Shown: positions 46,984-57,081 of the stretch, one piece after another
How the letters are laid out: the number at the start of each line of letters is the position of its first letter
Numbering within the stretch: the stretch's first letter is position 1
Assembly: GCA_048882485.1 (NCBI GenBank)
Contig: JBHLRP010000011.1
Location: forward strand, 8,015-72,014
From: Candidatus Thorarchaeota archaeon
GTDB taxonomy: Archaea; Asgardarchaeota; Thorarchaeia; Thorarchaeales; Thorarchaeaceae
Reading direction: 5' to 3'
DNA length: 64,000 nt
The notes under the pieces: model-generated
Told to the model about the DNA's origin: nothing
Databases searched by the model: none
The model's input: the letters and a program-made list of their open reading frames with translations, nothing else
Made by a program: the position numbers and the translations under genes

Positions 46984-48945
46984 TTACATTCGTTCGACAA
47001 CAGGGATTCCAAGAATCCCCAGGCAGTTCACCATCGTAGTCTTGAATGCCTTCACTAGCTCGAGCCTGGCATTTCTGAAATCTGGCTCTGCTTTAAGCAC
47101 TGGGCAAGAATCATAGAATCTGCTGAAAAGAGTTGCCAACTCATAGCAGTATGCAGCAATTCTGTTGGAACTAAATCCTGTTCCCCAGGTTTCTTTCTTC
47201 AGACTTCTCACCACTTCAAGAATCATATCTGGGAAGCGTGAGATGGCTTTGACGAGCGCAAACTCCGCCTCCTCTACCAACAGTTTTGGATCGGCTTTTG
47301 AAGCATCTACTTCATCTGCTCTCTCTAATATTCTCTGCGCTCTTGCAATAGAGTATTGCAGATATGGAGCTGCATCTCCGTTGAAGTCTAATGCATCGTC
47401 CCATCTAAAGGTGATTTTTCTGTCCGGTGACGATTTCAGCAGCAAGTATCGAACAGAACCTGTTCCTACCTTAGCAGCCACATCATTTTTGAAATCCTCA
47501 GACTCCTCAGGATTTCGTTTTTCAACCTCCTTTCTGGCTAGAGCCTCTGCCTTGTCGAGTACCTCGTCGCATGAATATCCTATCCACGTGCCCTCCCTGC
47601 CTGAGAAGTCCTCATCTTCAAGTCCAACAAACTCGTAGGCGATATGATGTGAGTTACTACTCTGATCATTATATCCTAGGAGTCTAAGCACCGTGTAGAC
47701 CAATCGTTGCGGCTGAGATTGTTCTGATCCAATTATGTTAAAGACAAGATCCACAGTACCAAGGTCTCTCTCGGTTCCATCTACAGCAGTTCTATACACG
47801 GTTTCGCCGTTTGGCTGATACTCAAACTCTTTGTATAGGAATGGGTCTTCTATTATCCCGAACTTCCACATCTGTGTGGCTACATCTGCGCCAGTGTAAG
47901 TCCTAGTTCCATCTGATCTGAAGAGGACCTTCAATGGATCCTTCATGTCCTTGAACTCTTCAATTGTCCTGAGGTCAGCTACTACACATCCTGCCTTCTC
48001 ACCGCTTTCAGGGATGAAGATGTTCTCAGTTTCTAGCATCATCTTACGAGCTTGATCCAACAATCCACTGTGAGCAATTGTACTCTCCCATATCTGGTAA
48101 TCATGAAAGATTCCTAGTCGATATGCAGTCTGACACTGTGCTCTCACGCATTCAGTGACCATCTCTTCGCTGACTCGAGCCGCTTCGCTCTCCAGGCTCT
48201 CGAGGTCACGAGCAACCGCCCGAATCTCGCCTTCTACTTTCTTGTCCTTCTCAAAAGCTTCATGCACACCAACATATAGGTGCCCTAGAAAGTGATCATA
48301 TTTCTCATCTCTAGGGGAGGGTTTGTCCTTCATCAGCTTCCAAACGAGCTGGGCAATCTGCAATCCGAGGTTATTGATATAGTCAGTTCTAATCACGTCA
48401 TAGCCTGCTGCCTCAAGGACATTGCCCAAGGTGTCCCCAAGAACAGCATTTCTGGTATGGCCAATGTGCCACGGTTTGGATGGATTCACCGCGGGGTACT
48501 CCATCAGAGCTCGATTGCCCTGAAATTCGTCAGACTTGCCATAGTTCTCATCTGATCGTTCAACTGTTCTGATGACAACATCAGCAAGATGCCCTCTTGA
48601 CAGAAAGAGATTGATGTATGGCCCCTTTGTGTCCACTCTATCTATCAGGGGCTCCTCCTTGACGGCACTATCTAGCTTCTTCGATATTTCTGCAGCAATC
48701 TTCGCTGGATTCTCTTTTCTTTGCTTTGCAAGGCGAAAAGATATGGTAGTTGCAATATCTCCTAGCTTGGCGTCTGGAGGAATCTCAAGGTTCTCGTGAG
48801 CTGTCACAAGAGAGACAGACGCAGACTCAGCTAGAATTCTTGCGGCTACGTTCATTACATGACTCCATGGATTATCTGTCGTCTTGTCAGTCGTCACAGC
48901 TGGGTTCCTCTTTGGGTGTGTCATAGATGCCCGGTGTTGACTCAT
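46984..48945 (-). CDS. argS: Arginine-tRNA ligase
   Basis: PWHIGHTRNAVLGD, RSDGT..Y...D, FSGREG, PYLQYS, FYDSCPVL. Confidence 0.96.
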   Translation of the reverse strand: MSQHRASMTHPKRNPAVTTDKTTDNPWSHVMNVAARILAESASVSLVTAHENLEIPPDAKLGDIATTISFRLAKQRKENPAKIAAEISKKLDSAVKEEPLIDRVDTKGPYINLFLSRGHLADVVIRTVERSDENYGKSDEFQGNRALMEYPAVNPSKPWHIGHTRNAVLGDTLGNVLEAAGYDVIRTDYINNLGLQIAQLVWKLMKDKPSPRDEKYDHFLGHLYVGVHEAFEKDKKVEGEIRAVARDLESLESEAARVSEEMVTECVRAQCQTAYRLGIFHDYQIWESTIAHSGLLDQARKMMLETENIFIPESGEKAGCVVADLRTIEEFKDMKDPLKVLFRSDGTRTYTGADVATQMWKFGIIEDPFLYKEFEYQPNGETVYRTAVDGTERDLGTVDLVFNIIGSEQSQPQRLVYTVLRLLGYNDQSSNSHHIAYEFVGLEDEDFSGREGTWIGYSCDEVLDKAEALARKEVEKRNPEESEDFKNDVAAKVGTGSVRYLLLKSSPDRKITFRWDDALDFNGDAAPYLQYSIARAQRILERADEVDASKADPKLLVEEAEFALVKAISRFPDMILEVVRSLKKETWGTGFSSNRIAAYCYELATLFSRFYDSCPVLKAEPDFRNARLELVKAFKTTMVNCLGILGIPVVERM

Positions 48946-49220
48946 AAACTAAGCGCTACTTCACAATTGTTTCACGCTGAATGATGATTCGCCATTGAAT
49001 GTTTTAGCGCCCGGGCCGGTCTTTAATTTATTCAATTATACAACTAAACATCAGCGAAAACGTGCAAAGAGTTTATAATGATTTAATATCTGCGCATAGG
49101 TGTTCTCTCTGAGAATACCCGCGTCCCTCAAACGTGCTCCTTCACCGCCATGATTGGGGCACACAGCACAGGTATCAACAATTACTCTGACGGCAACCCT
49201 ACTCCCCCGATAGGGTTTGC

Positions 49221-50192
49221 ATGGAGATGATTGCACTGGCCAGCAAACACGCGAAGACCAAGAAATCCGGAGAAAGCAAAGCTGGTGCGGCTAGATACGT
49301 CTGTTCTACGTGCACTTCTGATGAAGTCTATATTGATAGTGCGAGGGGAGAGGTAACCTGTTCTAATTGTGGACTAGTTCTTTCTGATAGATCCATTGAT
49401 ATGGGTCCAGAATGGCGTGCATTCACTGCAGATGAGCAGAATGCGCGTCAACGCGTTGGCGGACCAACAGACTGGAGTAAGTTCGATCAAGGGCTCACCA
49501 CGATAATTGGTCGCCAGAACGTGGACGCTTCAGGAAGGAAATTGACTTCTACCAGACGAGCTCAAATACATAGACTACGCAAATGGCAAATACGCACCAA
49601 AGTGCACTCTTCTGACAAACGTAACCTTGCGGTTGCTATGACAGAACTTCATAGAATCAGCTCTCAGTTGAGCATCCCCTATTCGATAAGAGAGACCTCA
49701 GCAGTGATTTACCGAAAAGCTCTGCGTAAGCGTCTTACGAGAGGGCGTACGATCTTGGGGATGATTGCAGCCTCATTATACCTTGCATGCAGGGTGCACC
49801 AAGTTCCTAGACCTCTGGAGGAAGTCTGTGATCAGATACACATCACTAGAAAGGAACTCAGTCTGTGTGTCAGACTGATTCTAAGGTATCTGAATCTCAA
49901 GATTCCTCACAGCAATCCTGTGGAGTTTGTGCATCGATTTGGAACTGAGTTGGGACTTGAAGGCGACGCCAAGAAGAAAGCTATAGACATTCTTGAGATG
50001 GCCCGAGAGGAACGACTCACAATTGGCAAAGATCCAAAGGGAATGGCAGCTGCAGCGATTTACGTTGCAAGTATTCTCACGGGTCAACGCCGGACCCAAC
50101 TTGAAATCGCTCGCACTGCGCGAGTGACTGAAGTAACGGTTCGAAACAGATACAAGGAAATGGTCGAGAAGCTGGGGATTTCCACAACCTAA
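49221..50192 (+). CDS. tfb: Transcription initiation factor IIB
   Basis: Zn ribbon CSTC..CSNCGLV, IDMGPEWRAF B-reader, RLRKWQ, two cyclin repeats, VTEVTVRNRYKE. Confidence 0.97.
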   Translation: MEMIALASKHAKTKKSGESKAGAARYVCSTCTSDEVYIDSARGEVTCSNCGLVLSDRSIDMGPEWRAFTADEQNARQRVGGPTDWSKFDQGLTTIIGRQNVDASGRKLTSTRRAQIHRLRKWQIRTKVHSSDKRNLAVAMTELHRISSQLSIPYSIRETSAVIYRKALRKRLTRGRTILGMIAASLYLACRVHQVPRPLEEVCDQIHITRKELSLCVRLILRYLNLKIPHSNPVEFVHRFGTELGLEGDAKKKAIDILEMAREERLTIGKDPKGMAAAAIYVASILTGQRRTQLEIARTARVTEVTVRNRYKEMVEKLGISTT

Positions 50193-50229
50193 CGGAGAAC
50201 GCAGTCAAAGAGTTGGAAGGCAGAGGAAT

Positions 50230-50265
50230 GGACAGGGTCCAACACCCTGTCCTTTTGTTCTTTTT
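50230..50265 (+). terminator. Hairpin plus T tract after tfb
   Basis: GGACAGGGT-CCAAC-ACCCTGTCC perfect 9-bp stem followed by TTTTGTTCTTTTT. Confidence 0.7.
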
Positions 50266-50337
50266 CTTGTATTATTCACGTCCGACATAGTCTTATTTCT
50301 AAGATCTACCAATGGCTTCCTAGGAGCTTGGACGACA

Positions 50338-51171
50338 ATGTCCAACAAGAGATCGGTTCAAGGCATATGGCTGATTGAGCGTGGTAGCGGCAGAAATCTC
50401 GTTAGTAGAGCCTATGCCAATATCGAAATCGACATGGACTTGATTGCTCCTTTTCTTTCGGCAACTCACACCTTCATAGACAAAGCAGCACAAGAGAGTC
50501 TCAAGACTATTGATACAGACACAAATCGCTACATCTGGGAGGCGAATGATTATCTTCTCTTTGTAATGGTTGTTTCCAAAAGCGCTCGAGTCAGCCATAT
50601 GCGCTTCATCCTTGAATATGCTATGAACGAATTCATGAAGAATCAGATACCCCCTGACAAAGACATTGAAATGATGCTGAAACAATGGCATGGACGACCT
50701 GGCCAGTTTAGGAAATTCGGGACTTTCATTGATGAACTCGTAAGTCAATACGAGGTTACAGACGAAAGCCTTGTAGCCGGAAAATCGATGGACTGCCTTG
50801 CTGTCTACAGTCATCTTTTCAAAGCTCTCATGAAGGTCAAGACTGACTCTGATACACGGAAGAAGCTTGTGAGGCGAATCAGAAAGTCGATAAAGCCTAT
50901 CAAGGAATTCTACAGTTTTCTCGATGTGGTTGCTGTCGATTCTGGTGGTATTGATGTCCTGAGTATTGATGTTAATATCGCTCCCTATAAGGAACTTAGA
51001 GTCGCATTGGAAGAGATATTGAAAATGCTGAGTCAAGTAGTTCAGGAAACCGTTTCCAAAAGAGTCTACCAGACAATGTTATTCAAGCACGCAATGCCAT
51101 ATGTGAAGTCAGACGTAGAGCGTCTTCAAACATATGCAATCCTCGATGATGTGATTCGACATCTATTCTAG
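50338..51171 (+). CDS. Longin-like domain protein with helical C-terminal region
   Basis: VQGIWLIERGSGRNLVSR..DLIAPFLSATHTF..LLFVMVV follows the beta-beta-alpha-beta-beta-beta-alpha longin pattern common in Asgard archaea. Confidence 0.7.
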   Translation: MSNKRSVQGIWLIERGSGRNLVSRAYANIEIDMDLIAPFLSATHTFIDKAAQESLKTIDTDTNRYIWEANDYLLFVMVVSKSARVSHMRFILEYAMNEFMKNQIPPDKDIEMMLKQWHGRPGQFRKFGTFIDELVSQYEVTDESLVAGKSMDCLAVYSHLFKALMKVKTDSDTRKKLVRRIRKSIKPIKEFYSFLDVVAVDSGGIDVLSIDVNIAPYKELRVALEEILKMLSQVVQETVSKRVYQTMLFKHAMPYVKSDVERLQTYAILDDVIRHLF

Positions 51172-52535
51172 GCTTTACCCAACATCACGACATTCCGTTC
51201 CACAATCTGCCCTCTCTTTCTTTCAGGCAAAGTGCTGCGTTCAGGAATTACCTGAAGCTGTTTGTGTTTCGGTGCTGCCTCTGCAAATGCATCTTTAGCA
51301 AGGAGCTTGAAGACCACGAATCCGGTACCTTCCGTCATAGGTGCAAGATCTATGGAAACCTGCTTCTCAGTTGTGTTCACAACAGGCAGGGTCATTGCGA
51401 TTCTTCCTCCCGGTCTGAGACAGGACTCAAGACTCTGGAGCACCTCACGATATAGCACCGTGAGCTCCTCCATACTGCTTGCCGCATCTTCATAGGAAGG
51501 AGGTTCTGAGTACGTAGGACCTAGATGTGGCTCAAACGCCACAGCATCTACTTGCCCATCAATGAGCTTAGCCGCATTGCGTGCATCGCCTTTGATGAGC
51601 TTGAAATCCAACCATTCTCCAAGGCCCGACCCCAGCCATTTAAGATTCTGGCCTGCTCCCTGAACCATTGACTGCTCGATATCAATGCCCACGCATTTCA
51701 TGCCAAGCATTGCTGCTTCCATGAGCAGTGTTCCAGTCCCGCAGAATGGATCAAGCACAGTGTCTCCGGGTCTTGCACCGGATAACGTGAGGAGAGTTCT
51801 GCAGATTTTGGGACTAGTGCTAATCTCTGCTGACATGAAGGGCCTAGTTTCGTCTCTGTACCTCTGGAGTGTTGAGTCATAGACTGCTACTGTCTTGGCA
51901 ATATATAGTGTATCCTCCATTAGAAGAGCGAGCAACTCGGCGTTTGGGGGACTCAAAAGGCTGTGTCGACCTATGCTCTGAGGCCAAAGTGCTACATTTG
52001 GTCGACGTGCATCTCTCTTATCGGGTCCATCATAGATGTAGTATACAGCTTTCTTCGCACCAAGTTCCAGAATGCGTTTCTTGGTCCACTCATCGAGTCC
52101 AAGAGTGAATTTTCTAAGGTCGATAGTAGTCTGTTTTCCCAACATTGGGTATGTGCTGACTCCAAATTTGACCTTGCCTCCCTTCAACTTGTTCCAGATG
52201 CGGTTAGTCCACGGAGCCTCTTGAAACGCTATTCGTGCCTGTTTGTCTACTTTCCCTCTTGCTGGAAAGGCACCATCCACAAGTGACCTGTCATATGCAG
52301 ACACAACTCGGCCAACTTTGAAGCAACCACCAAGTGCACTCTGAATCTCGACCAACTGTTCGTCATCCAGTTTTTCCTCAATCTCCACAATAGCTGCTGT
52401 CCTCGAGTAATCCTTCACGCCATCAGCAAGACCTCTATCTCGAATATAGACGACTAGCTCAGCAAGGCTAAGCAGCCAATTTTTACCAAGGACAAATGCA
52501 TAATCAGTCATCGATGAATTACTCCAGAGCTTCAT
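51168..52535 (-). CDS. Trm11/TrmG10-like RNA methyltransferase
   Basis: STSPKICRTLL, VLDPFCGTGTLLMEA, GIDI, GDA; THUMP-like N-region; FEPHLG in place of DPPY. Confidence 0.75.
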   Translation of the reverse strand: MKLWSNSSMTDYAFVLGKNWLLSLAELVVYIRDRGLADGVKDYSRTAAIVEIEEKLDDEQLVEIQSALGGCFKVGRVVSAYDRSLVDGAFPARGKVDKQARIAFQEAPWTNRIWNKLKGGKVKFGVSTYPMLGKQTTIDLRKFTLGLDEWTKKRILELGAKKAVYYIYDGPDKRDARRPNVALWPQSIGRHSLLSPPNAELLALLMEDTLYIAKTVAVYDSTLQRYRDETRPFMSAEISTSPKICRTLLTLSGARPGDTVLDPFCGTGTLLMEAAMLGMKCVGIDIEQSMVQGAGQNLKWLGSGLGEWLDFKLIKGDARNAAKLIDGQVDAVAFEPHLGPTYSEPPSYEDAASSMEELTVLYREVLQSLESCLRPGGRIAMTLPVVNTTEKQVSIDLAPMTEGTGFVVFKLLAKDAFAEAAPKHKQLQVIPERSTLPERKRGQIVERNVVMLGKA

Positions 52536-53361
52536 AGAGATGTTTTGTATACAGAGCGCCTTCGAGAGAATTGGGCGTTTCCGATATGAAGGTGGGGGTA
52601 TAGCCCACTTCCTTCACTATCTGCATTAGTGGGAGAATATCAGGGCCCCACTCTCCGCCCAGCGGTCTATGCGACTTCTCTCCTCTCTTTGTGTGGGTGA
52701 TTCCGCTTACGTGGAAGTGCATGTTATCAACAAAACGATTTCCTAGCTGGTCCTCGAATCTACCAATTATCTCAAGGTAGCTTTCCATATCGTTGATTCG
52801 GCCCAAGCTCCGCGCATACAGATGTGCCCAATCGATTGCGGGAAGACAACCATCCACATCTTGGCATAATCCAATCAGCTCATCGACGGAGCCAAATGCA
52901 CCCTTCTTGCCTGCAGTTTCGACCATGAGAATAGCTCCATCTCCTAGGTGTCCCGCTTTCTCCCAGACCTCTTCCACCGCATCCCTGACAACAGCATAGG
53001 CTTCTTGCTGGGAAAGCCCGCTATATCCCCCAGGATGAAAGACGATTCTCTTTACATGCATGAGAGGTGCGAATTGAAGTGCCTTCGCTAGCCTACCCTT
53101 TGATCTTTCTCGGACGTCTTGCTGCTTGGACAGCAGACTGACGTAATATGCTGCATGCATGCTCATCGAGGTTCCCGACTCTTTGGCAAGGTGGCCAATC
53201 ATCTCAGCTTTTTCTGGACCCATACGTAGACCGTAAACAGCTGCATATTCCAGCGCGTTGAGGTTGACCTCGTTCAAGAGAGAGAAAACGCGTGACACAC
53301 TTCCCTTGGCAGCAGAAGGATAGCCTGCTGGTCCGAATCTGATATCTGCCAGGAACGTCAT
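52519..53361 (-). CDS. nfo: Endonuclease IV (AP endonuclease 2 family)
   Basis: RFGPAG, SMHAAYY, VFHPG, ETAGK, IDWAHL, HFHVSG, ISET. Confidence 0.88.
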   Translation of the reverse strand: MTFLADIRFGPAGYPSAAKGSVSRVFSLLNEVNLNALEYAAVYGLRMGPEKAEMIGHLAKESGTSMSMHAAYYVSLLSKQQDVRERSKGRLAKALQFAPLMHVKRIVFHPGGYSGLSQQEAYAVVRDAVEEVWEKAGHLGDGAILMVETAGKKGAFGSVDELIGLCQDVDGCLPAIDWAHLYARSLGRINDMESYLEIIGRFEDQLGNRFVDNMHFHVSGITHTKRGEKSHRPLGGEWGPDILPLMQIVKEVGYTPTFISETPNSLEGALYTKHLYEALE

Positions 53362-53502
53362 TCCTCCACTCTTATGGATCCAAGGTGATGAGCTACCACA
53401 GTCGCTTTGAGAGTTTCCTCATATGAGTGATTGGGTCTAGATTGGACTCAGCGGAAGTCTTTAATCCCGAGTCCTCCCCGACCTTTGAGAGGGAGGATAA
53501 AA

Positions 53503-54441
53503 ATGACGGAAGCTCCTAATGAATCAGAACCGCCATCCTCAAATCAGAAGATTGACCCAGTTGCATTCCTTTCAATCATTCGGCCGCAGAACTGCTTCAT
53601 AGGATCGCTTACAGTAATTGCTGGCTTCCTAATGAGCTACAGGCAAGACCCTATTCTTAATTTGCTTAATACTCTCTCTATTCTTGCATTTGCATATATC
53701 ACATACTTCACAATTGCTGCTGGATCCAATGTTGTCAATGATATCTACGACATCGAAATTGACAAGATTAATCGTCCGCATCGTGCTCTCCCCAGCGGTA
53801 AGATGACCATAAGGCAGGCATGGATTTACGTTGCAGTTCTAAGTGCAGTTGGGCTGATCTTTGGTTTCCTGACTGGTCCATGGAGTACCTTGATTGTATT
53901 GGTCTTTATTGCCATAGGATACGCATATGCTGCGAAAGTCAAGACCTGGGGTCTTGCTGGCAATTTCATGGTTGCATTTTCATTTGCGTTTGGTGTATTA
54001 TACGGGTCTTTCGTCTATGCAGAGCAGACCATGAGCTATATGATTCCCATTCCCTCGTGGCTTTTCTTCCTTACTGCGTTCATGATTCTTCAAGCACGGG
54101 AAACAATCAAGGGCGCTGAGGATGTTGAAGGTGACCGAGTCAGGGACGTACGAACAATCGCTAGAGTATATGGATACAACGCAGCAGCTGGAGTTGCTGC
54201 GTTTCTCAACCTCATTGGTGTGGCGTGCTATTCCCTAGTCTGGATTCTAAACTTCGCTAGTTGGGAACTCTGGCCTCTTCTCGGACTTGGCTCTGCTATT
54301 GTATTGGGTGCTGCTATTGCACCACTGACAGGCCCTGATGACAAGAAACGCCTCTTGATAGGAAGCACACTCGATAAGATTGGTGCTCTTGTGGGCCTGA
54401 TCGCCTTTGTCATCATTCCCTTGTATGGCCTACCCATCTAG
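53503..54441 (+). CDS. Digeranylgeranylglyceryl phosphate synthase (UbiA family)
   Basis: IRPQN, NDIYDIEIDKINRPHRALPSG, RETIKGAEDVEGD; multiple TM helices. Confidence 0.9.
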   Translation: MTEAPNESEPPSSNQKIDPVAFLSIIRPQNCFIGSLTVIAGFLMSYRQDPILNLLNTLSILAFAYITYFTIAAGSNVVNDIYDIEIDKINRPHRALPSGKMTIRQAWIYVAVLSAVGLIFGFLTGPWSTLIVLVFIAIGYAYAAKVKTWGLAGNFMVAFSFAFGVLYGSFVYAEQTMSYMIPIPSWLFFLTAFMILQARETIKGAEDVEGDRVRDVRTIARVYGYNAAAGVAAFLNLIGVACYSLVWILNFASWELWPLLGLGSAIVLGAAIAPLTGPDDKKRLLIGSTLDKIGALVGLIAFVIIPLYGLPI

Positions 54442-55250
54442 TGAACTTGCCAGAAGGTCCAAATCAGGACTATAATACAAGCTAGGGACACAAGTGTTGC
54501 CCACCTTGTGGAAGTGTCATGTGCCTCCCTTATACCAAATATCAGCAGGAATCCTGTCCAGAAGAACGCTCCTACTGTCATTAGGTCTATGATTTCCCAA
54601 CTAGGCGACATGAATATCGCGTCAACAATCCCCCCGTACTGTGAAGCCAGATTTACATCAAAGGCTGGTAGAGTCGTCATAATGACAAAGATTGCAGCTA
54701 TTCGAATGAGCACGACAGGAAGCATGCTATAGCCAACGATTGCCACTGACTTTCGCTTGTTTCCAGTACCTCCAGTAATTCTGAAGGCTAAGTGAGCGAA
54801 GGCTCCACCGATAATTAGGTAGAACATACCAAGCATCATGTAGGGAACAATGGTGGCCACTGCAGCGAGGATGACCTGGGGCGCGAATTGACTGCTCAAT
54901 ATACTCACGTCAGCAGTCTGCCCTGAAGTCACGTTGACTGTGACTGTGACTGTGAACTTGGATGATATTGCCAAGAAGAATCCAAATAAGACCAGAGCAT
55001 TGGCAATTATGACCAACATAGGTCCAGCGGCGTCTGGCCTTCTTCCGATATCCCGGTAAGCCGCAGCAGGACGTCGAATTACTCCCCATAGCCTGTCCTT
55101 GATACCCATCTCCCTTACATCTGGTGCATCAGGTCTCTTGAGCATGGGTAGAATTCTCTCAAGGGTTTCCTCAGCAATCTCCTCATTGCATACTGGGCAA
55201 ATAGTAGCATCAGCTGGGACAGGACTGTCACAGAACTCGCATCGCCGCAT
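54438..55250 (-). CDS. Zinc-ribbon plus Yip1-domain membrane protein
   Basis: CEFC..CPVC N-terminus; GVIRRPAAAYRDI, AFRITGGTG..AIVGYSMLP, LIFGIREAH; 5 TM. Confidence 0.8.
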   Translation of the reverse strand: MRRCEFCDSPVPADATICPVCNEEIAEETLERILPMLKRPDAPDVREMGIKDRLWGVIRRPAAAYRDIGRRPDAAGPMLVIIANALVLFGFFLAISSKFTVTVTVNVTSGQTADVSILSSQFAPQVILAAVATIVPYMMLGMFYLIIGGAFAHLAFRITGGTGNKRKSVAIVGYSMLPVVLIRIAAIFVIMTTLPAFDVNLASQYGGIVDAIFMSPSWEIIDLMTVGAFFWTGFLLIFGIREAHDTSTRWATLVSLACIIVLIWTFWQVH

Positions 55251-55349
55251 TGTGAATCATCCTATGGTGGCTGGTCTGACTATTCTACGGACCACCGCAT
55301 ATAGCGGTTTCTAGGGTTCCCTCCGTGCCACGAGTTCACCTGCAGGGAC

Positions 55350-56063
55350 TTACCACATGCCAAACCGCTCGAATATGGGGCTGAGATGAACGGTTGCGTA
55401 CGGAATCAAGCTGTCCCAAAGACTCTGCGAGAGATTCAGGATTAAGGCATATGTAAAAATAAACTCAGCCGTCCATACAGGTCCGTATAGAATTGGCACC
55501 ATGACCAGATTTGCCGGGACCATTATGAGCAGTCTGACAAGAGTTGCAATGGCCATTGAACCAGTGAAAAGCACAGGATTAGCTAGACTTATTCCTCCAT
55601 GGTCTTGCCCCCGAAATCTTACTAGAAGCCAAGGGATGACAATCATGGGCAGAGTGGCCAATAGTTTGAACACGGGTCCAATACCTGAAGGATCATAGAA
55701 GAATAGGCCCATAGTTCCAGCAAGCATACTGAAAATGCCGACCTCGATTCCACACACAAGGAATGTTATGATCCAGAAGAATGAAACGGGGTCGAAAAGC
55801 GCGATCTCCCATCCAGGAATTCTAGGAATCACGGAGGCAATGGGAGTCACGGCCAATGAGAGAGATGTCATGATCCCTGCCAATGCTACTTTCTTGGCGT
55901 CTTTACTAGTTGATGAAACTTCAGAGAGCCGCCAATCATCCTCATCATGTGCTCGCTCGGGAGAAGCCATTGCGGCATCAACCTCCTTCCCTGATGGGTC
56001 TTGCATGAGGTCTTGCGTACTTGAAGCCTTAATAAGTCTACTCACTTGGCGTAAGTTACTCAA
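55350..56063 (-). CDS. ECF-transporter S-component-like membrane protein
   Basis: KKVALAGIMTSLSL, LFDPVS, IGPVFK; about 6 TM; true start probably internal. Confidence 0.65.
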   Translation of the reverse strand: MSNLRQVSRLIKASSTQDLMQDPSGKEVDAAMASPERAHDEDDWRLSEVSSTSKDAKKVALAGIMTSLSLAVTPIASVIPRIPGWEIALFDPVSFFWIITFLVCGIEVGIFSMLAGTMGLFFYDPSGIGPVFKLLATLPMIVIPWLLVRFRGQDHGGISLANPVLFTGSMAIATLVRLLIMVPANLVMVPILYGPVWTAEFIFTYALILNLSQSLWDSLIPYATVHLSPIFERFGMW

Positions 56064-56533
56064 TCTTGAGTAGATTCGGCTGTGAACTCATCTAGCTGTG
56101 ACTGTCTCTCTTCAACGGGAGTTTTTCGTATAGCCCTCTCAAACTTGGGCCTGCTGAGCATCTGGAGTAGCTTCCTGGTGGGTCTCAACCAGTCCGGGTT
56201 TATTCTCCACTCCGCCCAATCGATTCCTGAAGATAGTGATGTTCGACTCAGAATAAGTTTTGAGCTGACTAGATCATTCATACCTTTCAGTATTGTGCCA
56301 ATTGTGACTGCCCCAACAATCGCCCTCTCCTGCCTTGCAGCCCTCAGCAGGTCAGCGGTGGTGACCCAAGTGCCATCCTCAATCAGTACTCTCAACACCT
56401 TGGACCTCACAGCATCTGACTCTATGATTCCCTTTAGTGGAGCCAAATTGATAGGTTGGAGATGTCTTGACTCTGGCTCATTGCTTCTCCATGGGTCCGA
56501 ATTTCGATCTTCTTTCAGTGTCCTGAAGTCCAT
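56060..56533 (-). CDS. Winged-helix-like hypothetical protein
   Basis: VRSKVLRVL..VTTADL..VTIGTIL..EWRINP; C-terminal QSQLDEF. Confidence 0.55.
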   Translation of the reverse strand: MDFRTLKEDRNSDPWRSNEPESRHLQPINLAPLKGIIESDAVRSKVLRVLIEDGTWVTTADLLRAARQERAIVGAVTIGTILKGMNDLVSSKLILSRTSLSSGIDWAEWRINPDWLRPTRKLLQMLSRPKFERAIRKTPVEERQSQLDEFTAESTQD

Positions 56534-56677
56534 TGCTCGTCAGCTCTAGAAAATATGTCGAATCTGTGTCTTTTGAACCGAAGTATTATACTGAAACGAA
56601 CCGCCTGTGCGCGTCATTGCACAACCCTTATGTATACATGTGTTCTCATTTCTCGTTGAAAATGGGGACTGAATCGC

Positions 56678-57055
56678 ATGAGTTCCAAAGCGCCTCTCGC
56701 GGACCTTTTTAGTAAGAGCTTCGAAAAGCCGTCAGATCTTCTATGCTGTGCTTTCGGATTGAGGGACACAGAGATAGATGTATACTTCTCTTTAATCACG
56801 GGTCCAAAGACTGTCAAAGAGATTGCAGCACGGATTGATAGAGATCGTAGTACTGTTCAACGAGTGCTGACCAACCTCAAGGATAAGGGTCTGGTGGAGA
56901 TGAATGAGGAAACCTTTGAGCGTGGGGGGTTCTATCATGTGTACAGGGCGATTTCTACAGAGTCAGTGAGGGGAGAGATTCTTGCTCGACTTGACCGATG
57001 GTACGAGGAGACCAGAAGATTCTTGTTGGAACCATGGGGCAACCAGCTTACCTGA
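56678..57055 (+). CDS. TrmB/COG3355-like HTH transcription regulator
   Basis: LLCCAFGLRDTEIDVY, TVKEIAARIDRDRSTVQRVL, RGGFYHVY. Confidence 0.85.
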   Translation: MSSKAPLADLFSKSFEKPSDLLCCAFGLRDTEIDVYFSLITGPKTVKEIAARIDRDRSTVQRVLTNLKDKGLVEMNEETFERGGFYHVYRAISTESVRGEILARLDRWYEETRRFLLEPWGNQLT

Positions 57056-57081
57056 GCCATGGTGTCTTGAGGTATAGCGAT

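Noticed and set aside
50320-51036. 238-aa minus-strand ORF and similar long antisense ORFs (28798-29358, 47165-47638)
   Set aside because: They fully overlap better-supported genes on the other strand and show no recognisable motifs
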